A stretch of 64,000 nucleotides of DNA from Eledone cirrhosa. Taxonomy: Eukaryota. Numbering within the stretch: position 1 is the stretch's first letter; each line of letters begins with the position of its first letter. This document shows positions 40,130 to 56,396 of the stretch, piece by piece. The stretch covers positions 192,200,001 through 192,264,000 of the forward strand of contig OZ024742.1 in assembly GCA_964016885.1 (NCBI GenBank), given 5' to 3'. The notes below the pieces were generated by a model, which saw nothing but the letters and a program-made list of their open reading frames with translations, searched no databases and was not told where the DNA came from. Made by a program: the position numbers and the translations under genes.

Positions 40130-42025
40130 AAGTCGAAAATAGGTTCTCAATTAGTTCATTGTTTTACGATCATTTCAGTTATGTCACTAAATATTTATAT
40201 TTTCAAAATCCCTGATCCATCATACAAGGATGGGGGGGGGGGGGTAATCTACAAATCTGCAGACTCAATTTCCGGGACCCCTTTAAATATGTAGTGACCC
40301 ATACCATTCACTGAAATCATACTAAAGAATTTTCCCGAGCGCCGGAACCCCCCTGTACATGCCCCCTGGAGTTGAGGATCGTCGAAAAGAAGGAAAGTCC
40401 GCTATTATTGCACCTATACTCGATATTTTTTCGTCACCAGGGGGGTTTTGGGGGTCGATAAACTCATTTATAGTATTGTTTTTTGCATTACGACCATCCA
40501 ATATGCCTGAAATCCAGGATGCCGGATACGGGAAACTGTTATTGAACCAACTGTATTGACTAATATATCATTTTTCATGAATGGCATATTTTAAACGCAT
40601 TTCCGAAGACAAAATGAGCTTAACTCTAGTCTATGGCTTGAAAAAATTATTATGCATGATTCATTGGTACATTATCATTGGTTTATCTTAAATTATAATT
40701 GTTCAACAAGTGATCTAAAGCATCTTTAAAGTCCTGAACAGTAGCATCCGTTTTGCAGCTGACTTTCTCCAGATAAACCATCAGATTTCGCACGTAAGTA
40801 TCCACATCTAGTTTCCGATAATTCCTTTTCAGTTTGAAAATGTCGCTGGTCTTTGGTATCGATAGCGAAGTGTCCCTTGCATATCTAATTTCTAAATACA
40901 ACCTTTCTATTTTATCTGTTTCCGAAGCTGCATCGCTCTCCATATATGTATCTATCTCCTACTTTTTAGTGAAAGGACCACCTACAGATTTTAGATAATC
41001 AAGGTCACTGTTTCGTCGCTTGTCGGTGGCAATATTGGCATTTTCCTTGGTTGCGAGGCCTTCGCGTGTCAGCTCCTCCTGTGTTACAGTCCATGCTTTC
41101 ATAATTTCAGGTATTTGGCCGCCTTTTCTAACCAACTTCCTGTATTTGACGAAAGACCCCGACTCATTTTCGATCAAGTCTTTAGCCTTCATCTTTACTT
41201 GAGATGCGGCCAATTGTTTCGCGCCTCGGCGAGTCAATTCGTAATTAATAAAGCCTCTTTCTGAATCGAGGTTGTGAATAGGCGCTTTTTCAAGTTTGGC
41301 AGTGTCCATCTTTGATAAGGCGTATGGAGAATCGCGAGCTTCTCCAAATCCGAATATGTCGCCCTTTTGCTTCTGGAAGCCATCACCCAACTTTGGTAAG
41401 AGCACCTTTATGACGTTGAGTACATCATCTCTCAACTCGCTGGTCGCTGCATTTATCGCATCGCACATTTCGTCATCATATCGGATCTGTCTGAAACGTT
41501 CTTCTGATAAGAAACTCAAAGTTGGTTGGTCGGTAGATAATAATTTGCTGGGATCAATATGTATCAAATCGTCGTAGATCTTATTGAATGTTATCGCCAG
41601 TTTGGGATAGTCCGTCGCTTGTGCAGTCGTGAGTGATAAGAATGGCTCTACCAAATGTAATCCGATGATAGCTCCACTGCAGAATAACACCCGGAAGAAG
41701 TCCATATTCATAAAACAGCACTATGCACGCCAACTGGTTAGTGACATCCTCGAATTTCTGAACGTATGCGGCTGCATCGTCTAGGTGATACAGCGTAACT
41801 GCACAAGTTATGGTAAGCCGATTGAACCGTTTACCTTTCAAAGAAACGGACTTGTTTTTGCGTGGATGTATGAACGAGTCAAATCATTCGCCTTGTTCCA
41901 ATGTTTGTGGTCGAAATCATGGCATATCAATCTTGTTATACAGTCGAGGGCTTGCTATATGACGCTTGAGGCATTAGTAGTTGCATTCACTTGAAAACTC
42001 GAGAAGATTTTGTCTCTACCAATTT
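40130..42025 (-). mobile_element. Remnant of a probable DNA transposon; superfamily not assignable by eye
   Basis: Intronless complex-sequence ORF fragments 41581-41841, 40959-41711, 40683-40943, readable back to ~42025; PIHNLDSER resembles the C-terminal ..ER motif of hAT-like transposases; higher GC than flanks. Confidence 0.55.
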
Positions 42026-42092
42026 CGGAAGAAGGTATGATTCATACCCTCTTCCTTTCAGTGGCTTTACACACCCCGCTATTATAAGTCTA

Positions 42093-42149
<57 letters not shown>

Positions 42150-42184
42150 TGTGTGTGTGCGTGTGTGTGCGTGTGTGTGCGTAC

Positions 42185-42216
<32 letters not shown>

Positions 42217-42218
42217 TA

Positions 42219-42258
<40 letters not shown>

Positions 42259-42360
42259 TTATATATATATATATCGAGCACCTTTGGCATACGCTACTTG
42301 GCAAATAACTATGTGTCACCTATCCTCCCCTTTTTTCTCTTTCTCGATACGTAAATACTG

Positions 42361-42508
<148 letters not shown>

Positions 42509-43518
42509 GCAGATCTTTAGTAAAAAAGAAACAACCTGCTCGTGACAGTGACGTGCAAATGGCTGGGCATTACACAAACAAGTGTTCCCCAAAAGTTATT
42601 CCTCAGAGAGATAGAGCCTGACACGGTATATGCCAATGATGGTCCTTTAAATTATAGATCTAACTCAATTTTGCCAGCAGAACAACGGGAAATAGAATGT
42701 TTTGTGCAAGGGCAAAACGGGCTACTGGGAATCGGATTCCTGACCTTACGATTGTGAACCGAACACCCTTTTTCAATTATTACTATTCCTCTAGTAAGTG
42801 TTGAGTAATTCTTTTTATTTTTATAACCTTCTGAATTTTCTTGTTATTCAGAACTATTTATGTTCATATCACCCCACCTTCTGCTATCTTCGTCCAAGTG
42901 GAAATATCCGCCTCTCTACCTAATTAGCTAAACTAATTAGTGACAAATATTTAGTATTTATGAAATAAGTTTTCTCAGTCAGCTATAATTAGTGTTTAAA
43001 GAGTAACTACTGAACTAGAAGTGACTTAGTTAAACCGTCCTTCAAGTAGTCTGAAAACAAACAAACAAAAAAATTATAAACATATACACTGGATAAAAGT
43101 GAAATCGTTATGAAGGCATGTATATTTGTATGTGGCCCACGTAACTATTTATTTGTGTATGAATGCTGTTTAAAAATCTCATTGCGTCATTACTCAAGTA
43201 ACACATTTACACATATTTACACATATTTACACATATTCACACTCACAAACACACAGGCACATAAATATATGGTGTCCACAGTGTGATCTGAATATGAGGT
43301 ATGATTTTTAAAAATCTTCACTAGGTGGCATTATTAAGTAAGACATGAACTGGGATAATTGCTGGCCTTCTGCCAAAATGTAAAAAGAATTATTAAGTAA
43401 AACATGACCAGGGCCAATACTTTTCAAAAACTATAGGTTTTATATATATTTATTTATATATGACAGAGTGATATATATATATATCACTGACGAGGGACTA
43501 ATTTTCTTCTTTCTTCTC

Positions 43519-43577
<59 letters not shown>

Positions 43578-44058
43578 TGAGCCATGAACAAAATACAAAA
43601 ACCGATATTCTATTGACATTTACCATATATATTGTTGGTGTCTTAGCTTTCGTCGTACAGTTCACAACCTGGTCCTTGCCACGTCTACTGAAACCGCAGG
43701 TAAAAAGTATAAAATGAAATTTACAATTTTTTGGCGTTTTTCCCTCCTTTATTTAATTATGGAAATGAGTCTTTTATGAGTTATTAGATGTTATTTCAAC
43801 GTACAGCGTCAGATCAAGTCACTGGCCTAACAAGTACATGTCCAAAATATAAATACCTATTGTTAACATATACATGGTAGTAGGTTTTTCATAGGAAGAT
43901 CAATTAGATTTCAAATTTACAAAATTGTCGAAAATTTGCTTAAATATATCAGTTTATTAACATTTCTAATTAATACGGCTTTTAATTAGGCAGTAAATAA
44001 TTGGTCAGGCGTATTGTGTGTTGTGTGTTCCGAAGAGGAACAATAAGAGAGCATTCAT

Positions 44059-44132
<74 letters not shown>

Positions 44133-44156
44133 GATGTATGTATGCATATATGTATG

Positions 44157-44255
<99 letters not shown>

Positions 44256-44953
44256 TGATGTGTACATATATGCAGCCACAACCGTAGTCCTGCTATCCTG
44301 CTAGTGTGATTGATGACACAATGGAAGCAGATGTTTCTAAGCACGACTTTCTTAGGAGGCCTAGTTAGTGATTTCTTAACGTTTGATTACATTTCATTAA
44401 GTCAGGTCAAACAATTAGGTTAATGTTTATTATATTTTGGTTTTATGAAGCAAATATCGATTAATTGACATAATAATTGCTACTGTTGATACACTGAAAC
44501 ATACAGACACACACAAATAGATACACTCACACACATACATACACGTGTATGTGTATGTGTGAGTTTTGGGTGGAACATCCGTCATATCCAATAATGGATC
44601 AACCTGCAAATGAAATTAATGTGCAAGTGGCTGAAGATTTTACAGACACGTATACTTCATATATTTCTCAAAGATATTAGGCGTAACATAGGAATCGTAA
44701 TCACAACCTTATGAGGCAAATCACTCAGCCATGTGCTTTCACCCCCACCCCACAAACTGCATATGCATATCTTTGTCATATAAAAGGATTCTTCGCAAAT
44801 AAGTGGTTCCAGGTGCAATCCCACTGCTTAGACTTTCAGATAAGTGTATATAGTTTAGTAGATGTAAATTGTGCAGAAGCCCCTCGCCATTTCTGTGACT
44901 ATATATATACTTATACAAATCAGTGAAGGGTAGATAAAATGCATCTCCTATTC

Positions 44954-45028
44954 ATTTTATCTGACGAGAACATGTTGTGGATTGTGTTATACATAAGCCT
45001 TACATCTTCGAAATACGTATCATAAAAT
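44954..45028 (+). ncRNA. Type I hammerhead ribozyme motif
   Basis: auuuuau CUGACGA gaa-c-augu[long]acau-c-uuc GAAA uacgua UC auaaaau; palindromic stem III; AUC triplet. Confidence 0.88.
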
Positions 45029-45071
45029 ATAGGATAATCTAATGTAACTATCTTTTGTTTATTATTATTAT

Positions 45072-45187
45072 GAGCTCAAATCCCGTCGAGGTTAACTTTG
45101 CCTTTCATCTTTATAGGGTCGATAAAATAAAGTGCCAGTAATACACTGGGTAATTGCTGGCCTTGTGCCAAAAGTAGAAAGAATTAT
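45072..45187 (+). mobile_element. SINE family A, short form, truncated
   Basis: gagctcaaatccc..gcctttcatc..ggtcgataaaataaag..gctggccttgtgcc. Confidence 0.9.
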
Positions 45188-45481
45188 ATATATATGCATG
45201 CTCCTGATGAGTGTGTACATGTGTGATTTAGGTGAGGATGGTTTCTCATTTCAATTTATACTTTTAATTTTAATGTTTTATCAATGCCTCTAGTAGCTTA
45301 TATTATCTTCACGCTGGTTGTTTGAAATTCCTGTAATGAAAAACACACTCTTCTGTGTTTTCCCCTCTATATATTGTATTTTAAAGAGCCCAGGAAAACT
45401 ATTTCCGTTGATCTCATTTAATTACAGGATTATACGCGAGTCCTTTGCTCCGTTACTTTTACTATATATATATATACGAGC

Positions 45482-45543
<62 letters not shown>

Positions 45544-45648
45544 AATTATTAAGGCTACTTACTTCAACGGCGTCATCTCAGAAACGAACGTTTTGTTGGC
45601 CATGAGGATCAACTTGTTCAACCTGTGCCAATAAAAGGGAACCGGATA

Positions 45649-45688
<40 letters not shown>

Positions 45689-45715
45689 TAAATTATGTCC
45701 TTAGAATTATTAGAT

Positions 45716-45773
<58 letters not shown>

Positions 45774-47113
45774 AATAACCAACACGGTCACACATTTCCG
45801 TCACGTTATAGCCGTACCAGCAGGTCATGGACTTCGCAAAAGACACAAATACGTTTTTCGGTCGAAGATCAGCGTTATATGTGAGCCAGATAATTTTAAG
45901 ATACCTACCAATGTAATCTCTACAAATGGCAGGACTTCTGAGGAATAAGACAAGGGAGATAATGGAACAACAAAGATAAGCTTGTCTATTTTTGTATATA
46001 TTTGATAAGACAACAAAAAGATGAAAACATTACGAGACAGAAATATATTCTGAGGTTGATATAATTAATTAAAAGCCCTTGACGGCATAGCGGAGAGAAC
46101 ACCCCTAATATCAATGCAGGGTGGAATATCTATAACAATTTCTAAATCACTGCTTGAGATGTTTAAGATGCTGTTTTGGGACACACTTCATCTAGACTTT
46201 CTGAAGATTAGCTCAGCAACACCACCTCCGAGAAACCGAAATCTAATTTGCCGTTATGGAGTCAAAGATCGATATGATGCTAGCTTACATCTCAGACGAA
46301 ATTTACATGTACATCATGTATCAGTGTGCGTGGCATACAATGTCAGCTATTGGCATCTCCGGCGAGATATTGAACGAAGGTAATTTATCAGTGTGAATCG
46401 TATAAGGTGTCGGATATTGACATCATAGATGAGATCTTAAAGGATCATGATTTCTCAGTGTCTGTAAATCTGTCTTGGAATTGGCACTTGTACATATTTG
46501 TATATTATCGCTTGATGACTTTTGTATTGAACGGTCAGTATTGGACACGATCATGTCTAACTTAATAGATCATACCGGTGATGTCTTATAAGTTATATTT
46601 TATATTTCAGTTATACTTTCAATACCATAGCCAACTCAAGTAGATTTTGTTGGCTGAAACCTCATCAGGTGTATGAGGGTTTTCTTGAAGGAATTAGACC
46701 AGGAATTGTTTGAAGGATTTTGGGATCTTGTTTCGATGTGATTTTAAAGAGAGCATGACTAGCTGAAGTTTCGTAATGTCACTAAGTGACACGAAACCAA
46801 TTGTTGTAGGTGGCAATTTGTACGAGGAACAAGACTTTAACCTCATGTACGAACGTTAAAAGGAGAGATGAGGGCAACTCTGTTGTTTGTAAGGAATTTA
46901 ATATATATAATAACTTCTATATAGTTTTGAAACTTTACACTGTATTCGGTACAATGTGTAACTTACATCTAAGGAGATATTTGTGAACTGGGTTGTATGA
47001 CAACATACAGGCATATATACATATATGGATATGCACATACACACACTTAACAAAAGAGTGTGTTTTATGTTTTTCACATGTTTACAAAAGCACATTCTCA
47101 AGTCACTCACTCA

Positions 47114-47145
<32 letters not shown>

Positions 47146-47192
47146 TATTACTATATATATATATATATGAAGAGAGAGAGAAAGATAGAGAG

Positions 47193-47264
<72 letters not shown>

Positions 47265-47734
47265 GTAGGCAGTGGGCGGGGGAAGATTGATTGTTATATA
47301 AATAGACAGACATACAGACAGTCAAATTGACCGATGGATAGATAGATAGATATATAGAGAGGGGGGTGAGAGAGAAGGGGGGGGGGAGAGGGGGAGAGAC
47401 AGACACATAGAGAGACAGACAAACAGAAAGACAGACAGATAGATAGATAGATAGATAGATAGAAGCATGTGTAAATAACAGGAATACTTCGTCGGTGTCT
47501 CGTGATGACGGCGCGTGGCTAAAAGAAAGCAAACTCCCGTGGCTGGTGCAATACTACAAAGAATGTGTTAAGTCATTGTCAGTACGACGCTATGTGATAC
47601 TACATACACATATCTTTACACCGTAGAATATACACTGGGGGTGGGGTGTTGACGGCATTGCTTGTGGTGGTAGTGGCGGCGGTAGTATGGGGGTGGTGAA
47701 AACAGCAGCGGTAGAAGAATTATAAGGAGTCATA

Positions 47735-48795
<1,061 letters not shown>

Positions 48796-50429
48796 CATTT
48801 GTTTTGTTGTCTGTGTTCTTTAGGTAATATAATCTAAACTGTTGCCATTGGAAACGAAGCATTGTTGAGAACTAAACAAAAATATGAAGCTATGGAATCT
48901 GTATGAGGGTGACGGCTGCTTTGGGCCAAACAAGCTGTAGAGAGAACATAGAAGGGGCTTGCTTCTCTGTACCCCTTTGATGTGCTAGAAATAGCAGTTA
49001 AATTTCACTAACTATAGGGGCGGGGGAAGCATTTCTAATTAACCAATTTAGTTGTAGTAATTGGTTTAGCTGTTATCAAATATCGAACAAGATATATAAG
49101 AGAAAAATTCGATGTGCGATAAACATAACATGTACATAAATTGTAGCACATATACAAATAGATGTGTGTTTTGGTAGTTTGGGGAGAAAAATATAATTAT
49201 TAGGGTGCCATTGCCCCTCCTGCCACCGTCCCCAGTTTCACCGCCCCTGCACATTGTATTGTCTTGACGAAGACGGTGATGGTGGTGATGAAACCTTCGT
49301 TAGTTGTATCCGTTTGACGTGCTAGAAATAGTAGTAAAATCTCACTCAGTTTATCACTAAACTGTAGTCATGATGAGGAAGGTGATAGAGGTGATGGATC
49401 CTTCGCCAGTTTTGACGATGAGCAATCCAATCGTTCGATTAACTGAAGTAACAAGCAATTCGTTGAGTGATCCAATGACACGTGTACCTTTTACGTACGT
49501 AGTTAATTCTCAGGCACCATCAGTGTGACACAATATATCTCACAAATATCTTTAAATTTTCAACCTAATATTTTATTATAAGTGGTTGAGTATTCCATAG
49601 ACAACCATTATTGTAACTCACAAATAGAATCCGTGTGTCACAATATACATAAAAATGTCAGACGTTTGAATTACAGAGACAATCTATCCGAAGCACTTTC
49701 ACGCTGACCCTATCTACTCCGTTTAACCAATTTCACTCATAAGGCTGAGATCGACCCGATGCTATGCTGATAATGAAGACACGTGCTCAAGATGTTATAT
49801 AATGGAATCGAACCTAGGATCTCATGATTATCAAGCCCTCCTGTTTTCCACATCAATGTTTGCACTAGCATTTAATATATCGGAGGTATGAAAATATAAA
49901 AGAATAATGAAAGTATTATAATTGCTTGTTCTCAAACAGCTACTGTGATGACCCTGACATGATTACAGCTCATTGCGAAATCTTGTACGTTCATTACACA
50001 TAAACATATCGTATGCGACTTCATAAACACATCTATTATGAAACACGCTATGCTAGTGCTTGCTGGGTACTTTTTTTGCTAAGAACATATTTCATGGCGT
50101 TTTTTTTTCGTTTTTTTTTTTCTTTTACAAACTCTGTTTTTTTAAATCTGAAGCTGCACAATTGAAAAGTAACGAGGCAGTGCCATGCAGTGCCTTCCAT
50201 TTGTTGACAGGCCAGATCATACCATTGATTACGTCCGGGGGAATTTTGATAGTATTTCTTCTATTTGATATAACCAGTGCTAGTAATGCTATATTTTGTC
50301 TTCCTATCTCAGTTATTTCTCATACCAGTTATAAACTGGTGTCTAGATCTTGTTTAGAATATCATTTTGTGTTATCAAAGGTGGTGCTGAATTGGCTCGG
50401 ACAAAATTCCTTGTATTTTATTTCAGAGA

Positions 50430-50512
50430 CCCAGCTTTCTGAGTTCAAATCCCACCGAGGTCAACTTAGCATTTCATCCTTCATGGATCTATAAAATAAA
50501 AATACCAGTACA
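50430..50512 (+). mobile_element. Diverged SINE family A fragment
   Basis: tctgagttcaaatcccaccgaggtcaac..tttcatcctt..ataaaataaaataccagta. Confidence 0.8.
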
Positions 50513-51380
50513 TGGTCGTAGATTGTCATAATTATAAGAGCGGTGGAAAAGATGCATTGCGGTGTTTGGTCCTGATTTTTTGTTTTTTACATTCTGACTT
50601 CAAATGCTACTGTGGCTTCCTTGGTTGGTAGACTTGATCGGATGTCTGGTATAATACTGGCCTTTACCTACCTTTAGCAGTGTCAATATTTTTGCAGATA
50701 TTTAGAACAGCTTTCATGTCTGAGTATAACTTCCGAATCAGTCTTAGGGACTCCTCAAATAGGTCATGGGAACTGCTCTTCCTTCGTTGACTAAAAGATA
50801 AATCTAAAAGTTCCTTTCAATATAAACAATCTTATTTCAAAACATCTAGAGCGAGAAATTATTTCCTTATTAAGTTTCATATTTATTTCCGTAATATTTG
50901 GCCTTCTATTGAAACCATGTGTCAATATATTTAACGTGTTTACAAATAAACGAAACAAAACCTAACGATGTTTATAAAAAAAAACGCATATGAAAGTGAG
51001 GCTCGTGCAATTCATATTCAGATGCTCCATTGTGTTTTAATGTTTGGCGTACAGATAAATACATTTAATTTAAACAATTTATAAATATCTCGATGCTTCT
51101 AAAGGAGTTAAACGTGATAACATCGATTAAAGCGCAATGGCATTTATATTCCATCCCCTACGTTCCTATACAGCCAGATCTGCCCTTCTTTACCCTCTCT
51201 CCTTTGCGTTTTCATTACTTAATGTTGTTTTAATATTTTTTTTTAATATTTCTATCATTGTATAACGTCTGTTTGTAAAATATTGTTGACATAATATATT
51301 TATGTGTAACAGATAACAAAACAAAATAAAGGCCTATGATTACATAAAAAAGAGAAATACATAAAAATGTAGTTTAAGTA

Positions 51381-51591
51381 ATCGATCAACTTTCGTCAAA
51401 TCGGACCGAGGAAACAATGTTTCCGTTGGTCTTTCCAATTGCTAATACTATCTATAGGTCGCAACTCCAGGTAGAAGGAGCAACGTGAATTAAAGTGTCT
51501 TGCTCAAGGACATAACGCATCGCCTGGTCCAGAAATCGAACTAACAACCTCATGATTGCGAATGCAGTTCTCTAACCAATCAGCCACACAC
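51381..51591 (-). mobile_element. tRNA-derived SINE family B
   Basis: Nearly identical to 30845-31058. Confidence 0.9.
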
Positions 51592-52063
51592 TTTCTGACG
51601 TAATAAACGTAAAAACAAAACAAAAACACATAAATGTATGTATATGTGTCTCTGTGTGTATATATATGTATGTATGCATGCTTGTGTTTGTTTATATGTG
51701 TGTATGTATGTCTGTGATTATGTCCTGTACATTAGCGAGTGGAAGAAATATATCGATAAAATAAGAGCCAGAGTTGAAAAGAATTAGTTTTGTGTTCAAT
51801 ACGATCGACTGAATGAAGATACTACCCCAGGATGGTTGTAGTCTAATGACTGAGAACAGTAAGGAATATTAAAATGGGTGTATAAAATACCACAGTACTT
51901 AAAACGTCCAAACCATAACTGAATGAGCACATAGTACGTGTAGGTAGAGTGTAAATTCTATTTTCTGTATAGGAAAGTGTTAATAACTTCGAGATTTCAG
52001 TTTCGTCACATCGTCTGACTGCCAGATGAAGAGACCAAACTGAACATTTGAAGTTCCTCACAC

Positions 52064-52378
<315 letters not shown>

Positions 52379-52862
52379 ACCCCCCCCCCCACACACACAC
52401 ATACATACAATTGTATATATATATATATATATATACACACAATGAGGAATAAGGTAGAGTGCTGGAATCCTGCATTATTTTATTAATTACATCATTGCTG
52501 TAATACGCATTTCGATGTTATCAATTATGTAATGGATACGACCTCATTAGGCAACTGTTTTGTAATTTTTTTATACTGCAATATACCCCAGACGAGTATT
52601 TTGATGCTGCTATCTCAAAGACCGGTTGAAATGCATTTAACAGCAATAACGTAATTAATAAAATAATATATCATTTCATCATATTGTCTTATTCTTTATT
52701 ATTAAACAAAATCAGTCATACATAAACCTGTGTGATTACATCAGACTCTGGAAGGTACCCTTCTTCGAGTGCTTTAACCTGCATACAATGTTAAATGACA
52801 AATACGTATACCCGAGAAAAAAATTGGATTGCTGAAAGCGAATAAACATATATATACACACA

Positions 52863-53030
<168 letters not shown>

Positions 53031-53394
53031 TGGCTGCAAACTCTGCTACGAGTATTGCAATCGCTTGTGTCAGATTATAGAGTTTGGTGCACTTTTAGGC
53101 TACGGCCTGCCACACGAGCCTGTAAGAGATCCTGAACAAGCAATGCCTGTGCTTTGAAGGTTTGTTAAGTGGGGAAATATATATATATATATATGTATAT
53201 ATATACTTACGGTAAACCAGTTGACTTATTGGGATTGCGTATGCAATGCATCAATTGATGAATAATGACACAATTCGATTTAAACACTCAACGTCATGTA
53301 TTTTAATCCAAATATGATTTGTCAGTCAGTAACGGTGTATATATATAATAAGGAAAAGGCGACCTATTCTCTCTCTCTCTCTCTCTCTCTCCCT

Positions 53395-53436
<42 letters not shown>

Positions 53437-53515
53437 CACCACCCCACTCTCAAGAGCGTGAAACTAATAAACCTTTGTTCGTACTGCCTCTCTGTTTTGT
53501 TCCCGTTCAATTTTT

Positions 53516-53671
<156 letters not shown>

Positions 53672-53774
53672 TGATATGTCTGTAATCTCCAGCAGACAAC
53701 TGATGATGGGAAATATCCCCCGTTTGTGCTTTCCTTTTATTTCTCTCTATATATTATTTTTGCTCTAACCGAAT

Positions 53775-54240
53775 ATTTAAATAGAAAACATGAATGGAAT
53801 AGCAACATCAGAACTTACAATTAAGGACAAAATGAAAACACACACACATAGAACAAACAACCAACCAGTAACATGTAAATAAACAAATAAATAAACAAAT
53901 AAAAACACAGACAGACACCCGGATGTAACACATGCGCAAACTAAGCACACAGCACATACAAAAACAAGATGGCGTAGGACAGAACCAAGGAGAGGCACAA
54001 AACAAAGAAAATAATCCCCAGTCACTGAAGAGGTCACAGAATGTGTAACGAAAGAACTTTGACAATATATGAACAAGCGTCCGGTTGTGGAACCAACCAA
54101 CCTACCGGAAATTTATAAATAAAAAAATAAAAAATGTTTTAAATTTTTTTTAAAATTTTTTTTTTAATTTATAATAAATTGGAGTGAACACTGGTGCGTG
54201 TGTTTCTTATTGGCAACTTGACTCTCCCAAAGTATAACAA
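53775..54240 (+). mobile_element. 3'-terminal fragment of the PLE family seen at 22525-24075
   Basis: LNRKHEWNSN matches LNRKNEWNNN; shared atggcgtag word, hammerhead position and terminal aagtataacaa before (TA)n. Confidence 0.85.
54021..54063 (+). ncRNA. Type I hammerhead ribozyme motif
   Basis: guca CUGAAGA ggucaca-gaa-uguguaac GAAA g-aa-c UU ugac. Confidence 0.8.
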
Positions 54241-54377
54241 TATATATATATATGTTTGTATATACATACATACCTACACGCACATACAGATGAGGGGCGT
54301 GCTGGAACTCGAAAGGTTGGGCCTCCAACCAAGCCTCTGAAGAAGCAATCAACCCAGGAACTTTTCAGCACCACCTC

Positions 54378-54440
<63 letters not shown>

Positions 54441-54523
54441 GGAAAAGTAAACAACAACAACAAGGAGTAGAGTTACGAAAGGTGTTAGGTATTAGGTTCA
54501 CGCTTGAGAGTGAGGGTTAGGGG

Positions 54524-54557
54524 GACGACGTTTCGGCCAAAAGCCCTTCATCAGGAG
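54524..54557 (-). ncRNA. Minimal hammerhead core
   Basis: CUGAUGA agggc-uuuu-ggcc GAAA cg UC; ACGU palindromic stem III; stem I imperfect. Confidence 0.75.
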
Positions 54558-54586
54558 AAAGGTGTACATAAATGTATACTTATATA

Positions 54587-54643
<57 letters not shown>

Positions 54644-54718
54644 CAGGGAAGATGATGTCAAATAGCAGAGAAAGTATTAGATGTTCCACACTTTGTTCAT
54701 GAATTATATTGACATAGC

Positions 54719-55072
54719 TTATAGTATACCTGTGTGCTATAGTATACCTGTGTATTATAGTATACCTGTGTGTTATAGTATAGTATACCTGTGTGTTATA
54801 GTATACCTGTGTGTTATAGTATACCTGTGTGTTATAGTATACCTGTGTGCTATAGTATACCTGTGTGTTATAGTATACCTGTGTGTTATAGTATACCTGT
54901 GTGCTATAGTATACCTGTGTGTTATAGTATACCTGTGTGTTATAGTATACCTGTGTGTTATAGTATACCTGTGTGTTATAGTATACCTGTGTGTTATAGT
55001 ATACCTGTGTGCTATAGTATACCTGTGTGCTATAGTATACCTGTGTGTTATAGTATAGTATACCTGTGCGTT
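54719..55072. repeat. 18-bp minisatellite (tatagtatacctgtgtgy)
   Basis: About 19 contiguous units without spacers. Confidence 0.97.
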
Positions 55073-55084
55073 ATTTATATTTGT

Positions 55085-55235
55085 ATGCTTTCCAGCATAG
55101 TTACGTCCCATTACGGTCTGAATTCAAATCCCGCCGAGGTTAACTTTGCCTTTCATCCTTACGGGGTCGATAAAATAAAGTACCAGTAATGCACTGGGTA
55201 ATTGCTGGCCTTGTGCCTAAAGTAGAAACAGTTAT
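55085..55235 (+). mobile_element. SINE family A, short form
   Basis: B-box region, core and 3' gctggccttgtgcctaaagtagaaac. Confidence 0.9.
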
Positions 55236-55294
55236 TTATATTCGTGTTTAAGTATGGAGTACAAAGTGTAACATGTGTAGGAACATTATAGACA

Positions 55295-55577
55295 TCGTCG
55301 TCATCGCCATCTTTATTATTATAGTCATCATCATCACAATCATCATCGCCATCCCCACCCTCTTTATTATTATCATCATCATCATCACAATCATCATCGC
55401 CATCCCCACCCTCTTTATTATTATAGTCATCATCATCACAATCATCATCGCCATCCCCACCCTCTTTATTATTATAGTCATCATCATCACAATCATCATC
55501 GCCATCCCCACCCTCTTTATTATTATCATCATCATCATCACAATCATCATCGCCATCCCCACCCTCTTTTTTGTTAT

Positions 55578-55611
<34 letters not shown>

Positions 55612-55720
55612 GCCATCCCCACCCTCTTTATTATTATAATCATCATCATCACAATCATCATCGCCATCCCCACCCTCTTTATTATTATTATCATCATCAT
55701 CATCATCATCATCATCATCG
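55295..55720. repeat. 51-bp (ATC)-derived minisatellite
   Basis: gccatccccaccctcttt recurs every 51 bp. Confidence 0.93.
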
Positions 55721-55789
55721 CCCCCCCCCCCCCCATTATCATCATCATCACCATTATCATCGTCTTCCCAACCCTCACTATTAGTATCA

Positions 55790-56012
55790 GGTGGAGATTG
55801 GCAGTATCGGTAGAGGGTCGGACGCCATGCTTTGCAGCATAGAGTTACGGCCCTTTACGGTCTGAGTTCAAATCCCGCCGAGGTTGACTTTGCCTTTCAT
55901 CCTTACGGGGGTCGATAAAATAAAATACCAGTAATGCACTGGGGTCGATTTAATCGACTTTCCCCCTCCCCCAAAAAATTGCTGGCCTTGTGCCTATATA
56001 TAAGAAACAATT
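55790..56012 (+). mobile_element. Full-length SINE family A, long form
   Basis: A-box-like tggcagtatcgg, B box gagttcaaatccc, central gcctttcatcctt..ggggtcgataaaataaaataccagt (resembles the Deu/Nin SINE core), (TTA) tail. Confidence 0.9.
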
Positions 56013-56342
56013 ATTATCGTCGTCGCCTTCCCCACCCTCGTTTTTATTATCATCATCATCATCATCACCATCATCATCACCACCATCATCATAAATGTCA
56101 TCACCATCATCATCACCATCATCACCTTCTTTTATCATCATCGTCATCATAACCATCATCATCATTAAGCCCCCGCCACATTCATCATCATCATCATCAT
56201 CATCGTCATCATCATCAACACTACTAACATCACCCTCACCACCATCATCACCTTCAGCAGTCATCATCATCATCATCATCGTCATCAACACTACTAACAC
56301 CACCCTCACCACCACCATCTTTGCTACCATCACCGTCAGCAG

Positions 56343-56396
<54 letters not shown>

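Noticed and set aside
54719-55072. Regular short repeat suggesting a CRISPR array (also 1-1100 and 3980-4350)
   Set aside because: Units are contiguous with no unique spacers, no cas genes, and the context is eukaryotic
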